From: Eledone cirrhosa
Taxonomy: Eukaryota
Assembly: GCA_964016885.1 (NCBI GenBank)
Contig: OZ024760.1
Location: forward strand, 7,688,001-7,752,000
DNA: 64,000 bases
Direction: 5' to 3'
This document shows positions 40,871 through 53,527 of the stretch, in pieces (within the stretch, counting starts at the first letter, position 1; the number at the start of each line of letters is the position of its first letter). A program made the position numbers and the translations under genes. The notes beneath the pieces were generated by a model. The model was not told where the DNA came from. It worked only from the letters and a program-made list of their open reading frames with translations, and ran no database searches.

Positions 40871-41499
40871 ATGGTGTATATATCAGTTGCCATGCAACTG
40901 GTGCCAAGTTGTATCACCCATTGCTTTTCCCTTGGACAACATCAGTGGCGTGGAGAGGGAAGATTGGTATGCATGGGTGACTGCTGGTCTTCCACAAACA
41001 ACCTAGCCTGGACTTGTGTCTCGGAGTGGAACTTTCTAGGCACAAATCCCATGGTCATTCGTGACCGAAGGGGCTCTTTAGCCCTTACCCGTTATATACA
41101 TATATTTATATATTTCACTGGCCATGGTGAGCCTGCTGGAAGATTGCTCTGCTTGACTCCATATGCAAAGAAATCAGTTGGCTGGCTGTATATTCCCTTC
41201 CAAACAATCACGAAGATGGACACATGCCCCAAAGGAACAAATCTGCGTGCTGACAGATGACTCTGGAGCTTAATCTTTGTCTACACCATACAACTGATTT
41301 AAGGCATCAGATGTCTCCCATCGGGTGCTAGGACAAAATTATGAATCTTCCTAATTTTGTCCTAGTGCCCGATGAGAGACCAGTAATGAAGCAATTCTTC
41401 CACTATACAGTGGTGGCCATAAATGGACCCCAAAACTTAAGGTCACAGATACATGTTAAGTGTTTGAAACTTTATCATCATTATCACCATGTTACGTCC

Positions 41500-42806
41500 A
41501 TTCTTCCAAATTAGATGAGATGCAGTTTAGTTTTGTGCCTGGGAAAAGTACAACAGATTCCCTCTTCTTAATGAGACAATTACAAGAGAGGTTCTTAGAG
41601 AAGAATAAGCCACTATACTTACCTTTTGTTGACCTAGAGAAGGCCTTTGATAGAGTACTCCGATCTGTCATCTGGTGATACCTAAGGAAACTAGGTGTAG
41701 AGGAATGGCTTGTGAGGACAGTGCAAACTATGTACAGAGGTGCTGTCAGTTTAGTGAGGAATTCCAGATACAAGTAGGAGTACATCAGGGTTCAGTCCTC
41801 AGCCCGCTCTTGTTCATTATAGTTTTCCAAGCCTTAACAGAGGAGTTTAAGACTGGCTGCCCATGGGAACTTCTCTATGCTGACGATCTGGTTCTTATAG
41901 CAGAATCATTAGAGGAGCTAGAGATTAAATTCTGGCTATGGAAACAGCAGTTGGAATCAAGAGGACTGAGAGTGAACCTAGCTAAGACTAAAGTGTGGAT
42001 AAGTAGAAAAGAGGACAAAACTCTGATTCCATCAGAGAAATGGCCATGTTCGATATGTAGAAAAAGAGTTGGCATAAATTCTATAGAATGTACACAATGC
42101 AGATCTTGGGAACACAAGAGATGTAGTGGGATAGCAGGCAAACTAACAAGTAGGGAAAACAACATATGCAGTAGATGTTCAGGGAAATTTGACGGTAGAA
42201 GTCACAGTGATAGACACATTTTTCAAATGCAGGTAGGATCTATAGAGCTGGTTGATAGCTACCAATACCTAGGCGATCGGATTAGCAAGGGAGGAGGGTG
42301 CTCCGAGGCCACAGTATCTAGAATAAAGATGGGCTGGAAGAAGTTTAGAGAGCTGCTTCCTCTGTTGACAAAGAACGAAAAAGCTGGTTATGTGATGCCT
42401 GTGCGAGATGTGCGCTGATGCATGGTAGTGAGGCATGGGCAGCAACTGCGGAGGATATGTGACGGCTGGAGAGAAATGAAGCAAGCATGCTCCGTTGGAT
42501 GTGCAATGTCAATGTGTGTGAACGATCAAGCATAGATGAAATGAGAGAGAAACTGCGTTGGTATGGACATGTGATGCACATGGAGGATGACCGCTGGGTA
42601 AAGCAGTGCCAAGAAATCCCAGTAGAAGGAAGGCGCAATAGAGGAAGACTACAAAAATCATGGGCGGAGATGGTGACAGCTGACCTCAGATCGCTGAAGC
42701 TCACGGAGATGACAAAGGACTGTGACAAATGGAGAGATGCTGTGCTGAATAGGACCCATCCCACTCTTGTAAGCAGGGAAAAGCAGAAGTAAAATGATGA
42801 TGATGA
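41500..42806 (+). mobile_element. RTE LINE fragment with reverse transcriptase core (disrupted)
   Basis: QFSFVPGKSTTD, FVDLEKAFDRV, GVHQGSVLSPLLF, LLYADD, PHD-like finger and 3' tail; contains stops and deletions. Confidence 0.93.
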
Positions 42807-42815
42807 TATATATAT

Positions 42816-42941
42816 ATAGGAACGAGTAGGACCCCGACGGCTGAGCTCAAGCCGTTTCGACGGCTAATTCTGGACATTTTAGTCCAGAATTAGCTGTCGA
42901 AATGGCTTGAGCTCAGCCGTCGGGGTCCTACTCGTTCCTAT
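42816..42941. repeat. Palindrome with 60-bp arms and a 6-nt loop at the end of a dispersed repeat (second copy 45900-46010)
   Basis: Arms 42816-42875 and 42882-42941 differ at 2 positions. Confidence 0.92.
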
Positions 42942-43017
42942 TACCCACTCTACTACCCTAAGTATTGAGTACTTTGGTGCGTTATGGTCCACCTGGTTCC
43001 TTACCACATTTCCTTCG

Positions 43018-43068
<51 letters not shown>

Positions 43069-43137
43069 AAGTGCATTATTCTTCCCCAGTTTGGATTCCA
43101 CTCCTGTTTGTGAATCACTGCCCTATAGGGTATAAGG

Positions 43138-43920
43138 CCTCAAAATCAAAGTGCTGGGTGGTGGTAGTGGTGATGGTGAGGGATCCCTCAATTCAAAGTG
43201 CTGGGTGGTGGTAGTGGTGATGGTGAGGGATCCCTCAATTCAAAGTGGTGTGGTGTGTGGTAGTGGTGATGGCGAAGGTTCCCTCAAATCAAAGTGGTGT
43301 AGTGTGTGGTGATGGTGGCGGTGATGGTGAGGGTTCCGTCAAATCAAAGTGGTGTAGTGTGTTGTGGTGGTGGTGGTGGTGATGGCGAGGGTTCCCTCAA
43401 ATCAAAGTGGTGTAGTGTGTGGTGGTGGCGGTGGTGATGGCGAGGGTTCCCTCAAATCAAAGTGGTGAAGTGTGTGGTGGTGGTGGTGGTGATGGTGAGG
43501 GTTCCCTCAATTCAAAGTGGTGTAGTGTGTGGTGGTGGCGGTGGTGATGGCGAGGGTTCCCTCAAATCAAAGTGGTGAAGTGTGTGGTGATGGTGGTGGT
43601 GATGGTGAGGGTTCCGTCAAATCAAAGTGGTGTAGTGTGTGGTGATGGTGGTGGTGATGGTGAGGGTTCCCTCAATTCAAAGTGGTGTAGTGTGTGGTGG
43701 TGGTGGTGGTGATGGTGAGGGTTCCCTCAATTCAAAGTGGTGTGGTGTGTGGTGATGGTGATGGTTAGGGTTCCGTCAAATCAAAGTGGTGTAGTGTGTG
43801 GTGGTGGTGGTGGTGATGGTGGTGGTGATGGTGAGGGTTCCCTCAAATCAAAGTGGTGTAGTGTGTGGTGGTGGTGAAGGATCATTCAAATAAAATTAGT
43901 GCGTAGTGGTGATGGTGAGA
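43138..43920. repeat. G-rich minisatellite of about 57 bp
   Basis: GAGGGTTCCCTCAAATCAAAGTGGTGTAGTGTGT(GGT)nGATGGT repeated about 13 times; inverted copies at about 44200-44375. Confidence 0.92.
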
Positions 43921-44599
43921 GTTGGATTTAGACTTTGGGGGGGCCTGGGGCACTTCAGGTTTGAGGGCCCCTCATACACAACAAACACCTTAATTTTACA
44001 TATCAAAGTAATTGGAATTGAACAGTTATACATGCAGGTATTAAATTCAAAAATTCTAACCATCCTAAAACTAAAAAGCCTAGCTGCATCCTGGGGCAAT
44101 TGCCCCTCCCCCATTAAATTCGGCTCCTGGTGGTGAAGGCGGACCCATAACCAGGTGGGGCCGGATGTCACTACTCCACCCCTACCTGGGGATAGGTGTC
44201 CGACCTCCCCACCACCATACCACCACACACACACTACTTTGATTTGGTGAACTTTCACCCTCTCACCATTTTCATTTGGGGGCGGGACCCCTCACCACCA
44301 CCAGAACTACTTCTATTTAGGGAACCTTCCCCCCCCCCACCACCACTTTGATTTGAACGGACCCTTACCACCCCCACCTAATCAACGAAAAAAAAAAAAA
44401 ACATTAGTTAAAATAACGCAAGAAGCAAACAAAAAAAAAAAAAAACGAAAAAAAGGTTTTAAACATTTTTATCTGAAAGGTCCTCAAAATATTTTTAAAG
44501 GTAACTAAAAACAACAACAACAACAACAATAAAAACAACTAAAAAAGAAGAAACATAATAATACGAGAGAGAGGGGAAGGGCAGGTTTTTATGTAAGAG

Positions 44600-44645
44600 A
44601 TGTTCTGATTGGTTGAACTGTGCAGGCTGAGCCAATCGTGTGGCG
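44600..44645 (+). promoter_or_regulatory. Paired CCAAT boxes (NF-Y type), probable promoter of the Crypton-derived gene
   Basis: TGATTGGTT at 44606-44614 and AGCCAATCG at 44630-44638, about 330 bp upstream of a perfect splice donor. Confidence 0.5.
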
Positions 44646-44659
44646 TCTGTTGTGAGCTA

Positions 44660-44967
44660 GCAGGGTCATGTTTCTGTACCATCACAATTGTAACAATGAG
44701 CTGAGTGAGAAAAAAAATAAACACAATTCTCTCTTTTGGACGAAAAAAAAATATTAAAACTCTACACATCACTGCTAAATGATTCATCTGATAAACGGGG
44801 AGAAAAACACAACCAAACTCGGAGGAAAATGTCGGATTGGTATTAATCCTTTGTTTACACATGATATATCTGTATATATACACACTTATATATATCTTGC
44901 ATATTTATATATACATACATATGTATATATATATACACCTTACTCTCGTTTGGACGCCTTCATCTAG
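44660..44967 (+). other. Probable non-coding first exon of the Crypton-derived gene (start approximate)
   Basis: Consensus donor CTAG|GTGAGT at 44967/44968 downstream of the CCAAT pair. Strong candidate acceptor tttttgtctttccag at 52974, with alternatives at 53298 and 53464. Confidence 0.5.
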
Positions 44968-45005
44968 GTGAGTTTCATAAGATTTTTTGTTTATATATAT
45001 ATATA

Positions 45006-45055
<50 letters not shown>

Positions 45056-45081
45056 CTTATATGTATATATATATATGTGTT

Positions 45082-45156
<75 letters not shown>

Positions 45157-45215
45157 AGATCCTGACGTAGATTGAACCCCCAGACAAGGATTTCGACCAT
45201 CTCTAATACCCAAGG

Positions 45216-45272
<57 letters not shown>

Positions 45273-45496
45273 TATAGACACACACGTAGAACCCTGCACC
45301 AATCGTGCATGTGTTTCGGCCCTTAAACTTCTTCAAGGGCCAAAACACTTGCATCAAGGGGGGAGGGAGTGTTCTTCTCTGGACCTTCTGTTGTCTAATG
45401 GCCAGTCAAACTCTTCTGAGAGTTTCCAACTGGACTTTTGATTATACAGATATGAGTTTGCATGAGTGCATCTGCGTGCACACGTATAATTATAAG

Positions 45497-45558
<62 letters not shown>

Positions 45559-45694
45559 GATCTGTTTACATAAGCATATAGTTTAATATTTATGTACATA
45601 AGAATCTGATCTGTGATTTAGACACACACCCAAACACGCATAAACACACACGTGTGTGTATTTATAAATAAATATATATATATATATGTATATA

Positions 45695-45727
<33 letters not shown>

Positions 45728-45835
45728 TGGCAGTGATGATGATGGTATATTGGTAGTTATGATTCTTGTTACTCTGGAATTTCACCTGTGTAGCGTACTC
45801 ACAAGATCATATACACACCCATAGTTGTGTGTCTG

Positions 45836-45902
<67 letters not shown>

Positions 45903-46004
45903 CGAAGGAAAAGTGGTAAGGAACCAGGTGGACCATAACGCACCAAAGTACTCAGAATTAGCCGTCGAAACGGCTTGAGCTCAGCCGTCGGGGTCTTACT
46001 TGTT

Positions 46005-46055
<51 letters not shown>

Positions 46056-46369
46056 ATATATATATGTATATAAAAGGAAAACAGAAATAACAATACAATC
46101 GGTACAGTATATGGAAGGTATATATTAGGTTAACGCTTGATATGGCAGGAAGAGGGTCTAACGTTTCGGACACTTGTCCTTCACCAGAAGAAAGAATGAG
46201 AAATAAGATAGATTGAGGGGACGGGCAGGTTGGAATTGTGAAAAATGTCTTTAGATTAAAAATAGCAGGTCCATTCATGTTGCAATCTCTGGAATAGAGA
46301 ATTAAAATATTTCCAATGAATTACAAAGCATTAAATGATTTAAGAATTTTTTTCTATGATCTGAATCTG

Positions 46370-46412
<43 letters not shown>

Positions 46413-46554
46413 CTCTGATTTATCCAAATTATTGAGCCCTCTGCCACACATATCGGATTTGTTTATCGTTAATTCGTAGGCTGTTTTTCCGATCCTCGAT
46501 TATTCTACTATATATATATATAGAATTCACAAGAATCAAAGCTGTGTTCAAAGC

Positions 46555-46612
<58 letters not shown>

Positions 46613-46854
46613 TGTGTGTATATATATATCGTGTATATATATATATATATATATATATCGTGTGTGTATATATATATCGTGTATATATATATATATATAT
46701 ATATCGTGTGTGTATATATATATCGTGTATATATATATATATATATATATATCGTGTGTGTATATATATATCGTGTATATATATATATATATCGTGTGTG
46801 TATATATATATATATCGTGTGTGTATATATATATCGTGTATATATATATATATC

Positions 46855-46908
<54 letters not shown>

Positions 46909-47568
46909 TGTGTGTATATATATATCGTGTATATATATACACACCTGATGTACCCCTTCCCTACACATGCACACATGTGTATATCATGACTCATGCCCTG
47001 TTCATTTTCCTGACGTTTGTACATTACCCTATGTACTATACATACACCTTTGATGAGTTGTAGTGCACCTGAGCACTGTACACAATATTTCATTATTATT
47101 ATTAGTATATATATATATTGTGTATGTATATATATATCATGTATATATCTATATATCTATATCTATATATCGTGTATATATATATTGGATCTGGATTTAT
47201 AATAATATAAGTTTCAAGTTTACTTAATTTAATCATCATCATAAACAACAAGCATCATCATCACAATCATCAGTCTATGTAATCAATGTCATCATTTGTT
47301 GTCTCGTTTCCTTGATTGTGTGTCTACTGTTGTTGTTATTGTTGTACCTAATTTAATTTCAACGTATGTGAGTGAATATGTGCGTCTAATAATACTCGAT
47401 CCTGCCCTCATTTCCGTTTTGAAATAGACTTGACCTGCACCAGTCTGGGATGTTTATATATGTGTATATATAATATATATATTATATATATATTATATAT
47501 ATATATATAATATTATATATTATATATATATTATCTTGTTGAATCCCAACAAATTAAATATAACCTCT

Positions 47569-47618
<50 letters not shown>

Positions 47619-47735
47619 TATATATATTTTTTAAATATAGAAAAGCTTCTACAGGACTAAAACATTTATACTCTGCTATGTATTGAGTACCTTATTGTGG
47701 TTACACCCGATTCAACCCGGAATAACTTATATATA

Positions 47736-47810
<75 letters not shown>

Positions 47811-48231
47811 ATAATATATATATATATAGATACACACATTATTAAGGCTAAACTTGAGTTTCTCCAGACCATTAATACTAAGCGTGTATGTGTAAATAAA
47901 TATACATGCGTGTGTACGTTTGCACGCGTATATATATATATATATATATATATAAGTAGAAGGGATATTTAATTTGTTGGAAATCCAACAAATATAAATG
48001 TTCATAACTGATTCAGAGCACTCGACAGCTTTCTGGAGTAAATATTCAATGATATTAAATAAATGGAAACTATATATATACATATATATAAATATCCCTT
48101 CTACTATATATATATCGTTATTTAGCCAAACAACTTCCTCATAGGGATATAATGTGTGTATGTGTATATATAATATGCGTGTATGAATGTATATCTATAT
48201 ATATATCTATATATATATCTATATATATATC

Positions 48232-48291
<60 letters not shown>

Positions 48292-48467
48292 ATATAGCTA
48301 TCTGCTGAGAGAAGCCAGCATTATTTTAGTGTAGGTACCATTAAGGCTAGACAAATCGATCTTAAGTCGACACTACAGGCTGTCTGGAACAGTTTCACTT
48401 TAGTTCAATCTTTTTGTTTTGTTTCCCATTATACGAAGCAATTATCATGAAATTCACAATCTATCGG

Positions 48468-48508
<41 letters not shown>

Positions 48509-48681
48509 TGTTTTTTGTAAAGGAATTCCCCGTCGCCCAAATTAAAAACGTATTTTTCTTGAGAACCTTTCGTTTGTCAAATGGATAGATGGAGTGTTCT
48601 CAACAAATCTCCCATGGAGATGAAAACACACACACACACACACATATATATTTATATACACATTTGAAATGATGCCAAATT

Positions 48682-48752
<71 letters not shown>

Positions 48753-48801
48753 TTGTGTATATGAGTACAATCATCATGATTTAAGACATTAAAATGATTA
48801 C

Positions 48802-48849
<48 letters not shown>

Positions 48850-49172
48850 AAATGTCTTCTATGGGATTAGAACAGTTTCATTCGCAAGAAATCACCAGGA
48901 AAGATATTCCGAGTTATCTCTTACGAAAGAAACAGTTCTAGTCGTGTAGAAGTGATTTCTGTATATAATGAATATACCTACACTCTACTAACGTATTGAG
49001 TACCTTCTTTAACTGCGGTCACCTCCCGATAATACATCGGAAATCCACTTATATATATATATATATATATATATATAATCTAGGGTGCTATTACAGTTAG
49101 TTGAACACGTATTGCAATTGCAAATGTCCTTCGTTTGTACTGATAGAATCTTAAACAGTCATGTATATATAG

Positions 49173-49258
<86 letters not shown>

Positions 49259-49449
49259 AAAGTTATATTTAAATTGTTGGGTTACAACTAGTAAATATTT
49301 ATAACTGATATAAAAGCACTCGACAAATATTTGGAGTATATTTACAATATTAAATAAATGGAAACTATATTTATAAATGGAAACTATATTTATATTTATA
49401 TTTATATTTATAAATATGGTTTTATAAATATAGTTTCCATTTATTTAAT

Positions 49450-49503
<54 letters not shown>

Positions 49504-49879
49504 ATTAGAATTTTATTTCTCGCCCTAGCACAGCTGGTACATAAATGTAAGTATGCACACGTATACACACTCACACACACACACATATATATATACATAT
49601 ATACATACACACACATATGTACATATGTACGTATTGTGTCATATCGTAATAATGTTCGATTCGTTTGTAAACAAACGATCCGATTTGAAGCTGTGCCGTG
49701 CCGATGACTGTTTGTTTAACACTGGCTTTGAGGAACAATCAACATGTTTCTGGGTCATTACCCTTCATTTGGTCTGTATACCTCTGCCAGTCTGTTGAAC
49801 GGTTGAAAATATAGAGTATTTTAAGTACACATCGGCTGATATATATGTGTGTCTACGTGTGCATACTTATACATATATC

Positions 49880-50222
49880 ATCATTCATCATCATTTCATT
49901 TTACGTCCACTTTTCCCTGCTTGCAAGGGTGGGACGGGAACTGATGCTGGCTTGATTTCTACAGCTGGATGCCCTTCCTAACACCAACCTCATTTACAGT
50001 GAGTGCTGGGTGCTTTTTTGCCGTGGCACCTCCACGACCACTTTGCAGTGGAATGATAGGGACCCCAGTCCCTATCATCTCATTTCTACAGCTGAGTAAA
50101 CTGGAGCAATGTGAAATAAAGTGTCTTGCTCAAGGAAACAACACATCACCCAGTCTGAGAATTGAACTCACAACCTTTCGATTGCAAGGCCAATGCTCCA
50201 ACCACTAAGCCATGTGCCTCCA
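49880..50222 (-). mobile_element. CORE-like SINE, tail type A
   Basis: Same family as 10931-11262. Confidence 0.85.
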
Positions 50223-50377
50223 TATATATATATATATATGTCTATTTATGTCTATTTATAAAACTGTTATATATTGTATTTTGTCTGATAAAGGCATACC
50301 ATAATTTAACTTGGTATCCTTGAAATATATATAATGAAATAAATATGGTTTTATAAATATAGTTTCCATTTATTAAT

Positions 50378-50415
<38 letters not shown>

Positions 50416-50804
50416 AAAAGTTATGAAACGAAAGGAGCTGTGTGGTTACTAAAAACAAGGTTTAGGATGGTGGTTAGGACGGAACAGGAGGAGAAAGGAA
50501 GAAAGGAGTTTCCATCGTCAGCTGTAAATGTTTCCCGAACCGATGTTTCGGTGCTGAATTACAGGACATCGGTGTAGTTCAGGTGCGCCCGAGGCCTTTT
50601 ATTAATCATTTAACATTTTTCTTATCATCAACAAGAAAAAGCCACAAATAAATAATAGATTTGAAATGCTACTATAATGGCTCCACATATGCATATTTTA
50701 GACACTTAGACCAGTTAGGGAAAAATGCATCAATCGTTTGTTTTGAACTGTTTTTGTTTCATCTTTGAAGAGAGGGTATTAGCCCCGAAATATCATGTTG
50801 AAAT

Positions 50805-52031
50805 TCCAAACCTCTAAAGTATGGCCTAGAAACAAAGAGTCTTAAAGTCAGCCTGACAAAGATTAAGGTAAGTAGAAGGGAATGGTCTTGCTCAGTGTGT
50901 AGGAAAGGTGTTGGTAGAAATTCCATCCACTGTCCCAAATGCAAACTATAGGTACACAAGAGATGTAGTGGTATCTCAGGTAGTTTAGCTAAAAACAGGT
51001 TTTACATGTAGCTGTTGCACTGGAGCGGTAAGTAGCAAATGACCACAGGAAACAAGCGCTCTCAAATTCTGGTACGGTTTGGTAGAAGCGGTAGACAGCT
51101 TCTGCTACCTAGGAGACCAAATTAACAGTGGAGGTGGGTGTTCTGAAAGTACAGTAGCCAGAGTGAGGATGGGATGGAAGAAGTTCAGGGAACTACTACC
51201 ACTGCTAGCTACAAAGGGCTTTCCCTTCAAAATTAAAAGCAGACTGTACGTTGCATGTATACGAGCAGTAATGTTTCATGGTAGTGAAACCTGGGCATTG
51301 TGTGTAGAGGACTTACGTAGATTGGAAAGAAATGAAGCTTGCATGCTTCAGTGGATGTGTAATAGTAATATACGTCAACGATAAAGCATAAATGAATTGA
51401 GAGAGAAACTTGGCATAAGAGGAATCAGATGCAGTGTGCAGGAGATTGTGTTGGTATGAACATGTGATGCATATGAAGGGTGACAGCTGCATGGAAGCCA
51501 TGGAGTAGGAGGACCCAGGAAGGCAAAAGCTGACCTTGCACAATTGCACCTCTCAATGGCAATGACGCAGGACCGGGATCCCTGGCGTTGTGCAGTTATA
51601 CAGAAGACCCGCCTTCCCATGAGTACAGGCTGAAGCATACATATAGTATTCATCTCCACCCCACCCCCTCCATACACCTCCCATGGGCACAAGCTGAAGC
51701 ATACATCTGGTATGTACCACTTTCACCTACACACCTCCCACATCCTAACACTCTGCCCCTCACACACGCCCATATAGTGGTTGTGATGCCGGCACAAAAA
51801 GCGCCCAGCCTACACTGTAAGGTGGTCGTGTAGGTGTCATGACAAAAAGCACCGAACCCACACTGTAAATGTGGTTGGCATTAGGAAGGGCATAGTAACC
51901 AGCCATAGTAACCAAGCAAAAATTGGTTCTGTATGAGCAAGACATGGTCATCTGACCTTGACTTTCCTTAAATAGGACAACCCATCTAACCCATGCTAGC
52001 ATGGAAAATGGATATTAAACAGTAATGATGA
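50805..52031 (+). mobile_element. Degenerate RTE LINE insertion with TSD TGAAAT
   Basis: GLETKSLKV...VDSFCYLGD...FHGSETW, then 3' UTR subrepeats and GATGAT tail; TGAAAT at 50799-50804 and 52032-52037. Confidence 0.85.
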
Positions 52032-52164
52032 TGAAATATACTGGGTAAAACATTACATAATTTTGTTTTATTTGTCATCCTTTGTCCTTTGTATATTTCT
52101 ACTGTATTGTATTTGCTTTCTGAAACTTATCAGTCATTTATTACATATATGTATATATATATGT

Positions 52165-52495
52165 GTGGTTAGAGCATTGGCCTTGCAATCGAAAGGTTGT
52201 GAGTTCAATTCTCAGACCGGGTGATGTGTTGTTTCCTTGAGCAAGACACTTTATTTCACATTGCTCCAGTTTACTCAGCTGTAGAAATGAGATGATAGGG
52301 ACTGGGGTCCCTATCATTCCACTGCAAAGTGGTTGTGGAGGTGCCACGGCAAAAAAGCACCCAGCACTCACTGTAAATGAGGTTGGTGTTAGGAAGGGCA
52401 TCCAGCTGTAGAAATCAAGCCAGAATCAGTTCCCGTCCCACCCTTGCAAGCAGGGAAAAGTGGACGTAAAATGAAATGATGATGATGATGATGAT
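52165..52495 (+). mobile_element. CORE-like SINE, tail type A
   Basis: Inverted, near-identical copy of 49893-50206. Confidence 0.85.
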
Positions 52496-53527
52496 ATACA
52501 CTTATACAAATGGAAGTTCAGTAGAATCGAAGCTCTAGCTGCGGCCAAGCTAACGAATGCAATCTGGAATGTGCAGCTAAGCACTCAATAAGGTAGTTTC
52601 ACCTTAGAGTAATAACATACGTTTAGACAGCTTGACAAATTGAAGACTGGCATAAACTTGTGGTGAGCCAGCCGCAAGGACCAAATACTTGTATAAATAA
52701 CGAGTTAGGGAAAAACATCGATCGTTCATTTTATTTTGAACCATTTTCATTTCACATTTGAAAAGAGGGTACTAGCCCTGAAATATCATATTGAAATATA
52801 CTGAGTAAAACATTATTTTGTTTTGTTTTATTTGTCATCCGCTACCCTTTATATATTTCTACCACATTGTACTGGGTTTCTGAAACTTAGCCATTTATTA
52901 TTAATACATATCTCACAATACTTCAAAAATGTTTAATCTTTTTTTTTTAATTGTCTGTATTTTTGTCTTTCCAGAGTGTTCCTGGCAGTGAATGATCCAG
53001 TTTTATGGAATCAAATATTTTTTAATATTTAAAGAAAAGAAAAAAGAAAACTTCACAAGACTCCATTGACTTCAGTAAAAAATAAAAGTTGGCCAAATAC
53101 TTCTGAGAAGCTGGTGCTATCAGGCTCATACGCACACTAACATACTCATACATTTATACACGTATACTCATACACACACTCTCACAGTTAACATCTGAAA
53201 GAAAGAAAGAATAAGTCTGTTTTTTATGTTTGCTAGTAGTTGAGGTTCTACTGCATCGCTGTCCAATGTCAACTGTTTCATGTCCTTCCCTGTTACAGCC
53301 TTCATCATAATGCTGCTCACAAAATGGTTGGCATCAGTGAAGTAATTTGGTTATTGGCTTTGCACCCCATCTGTACTGTCAGAACTTTTTGAAGTGGAGA
53401 GAAAGAGAGAGGAGATTTTAATTTGTTAGCTTAGTTTGGAATTCCTTGTGTGTCATGTTTCTAGTTGGTGAATCATTTTAACTTGTGTGGCTGGGGGGAA
53501 AAAAACAACTTTGTTTGTTTTGTAAAA

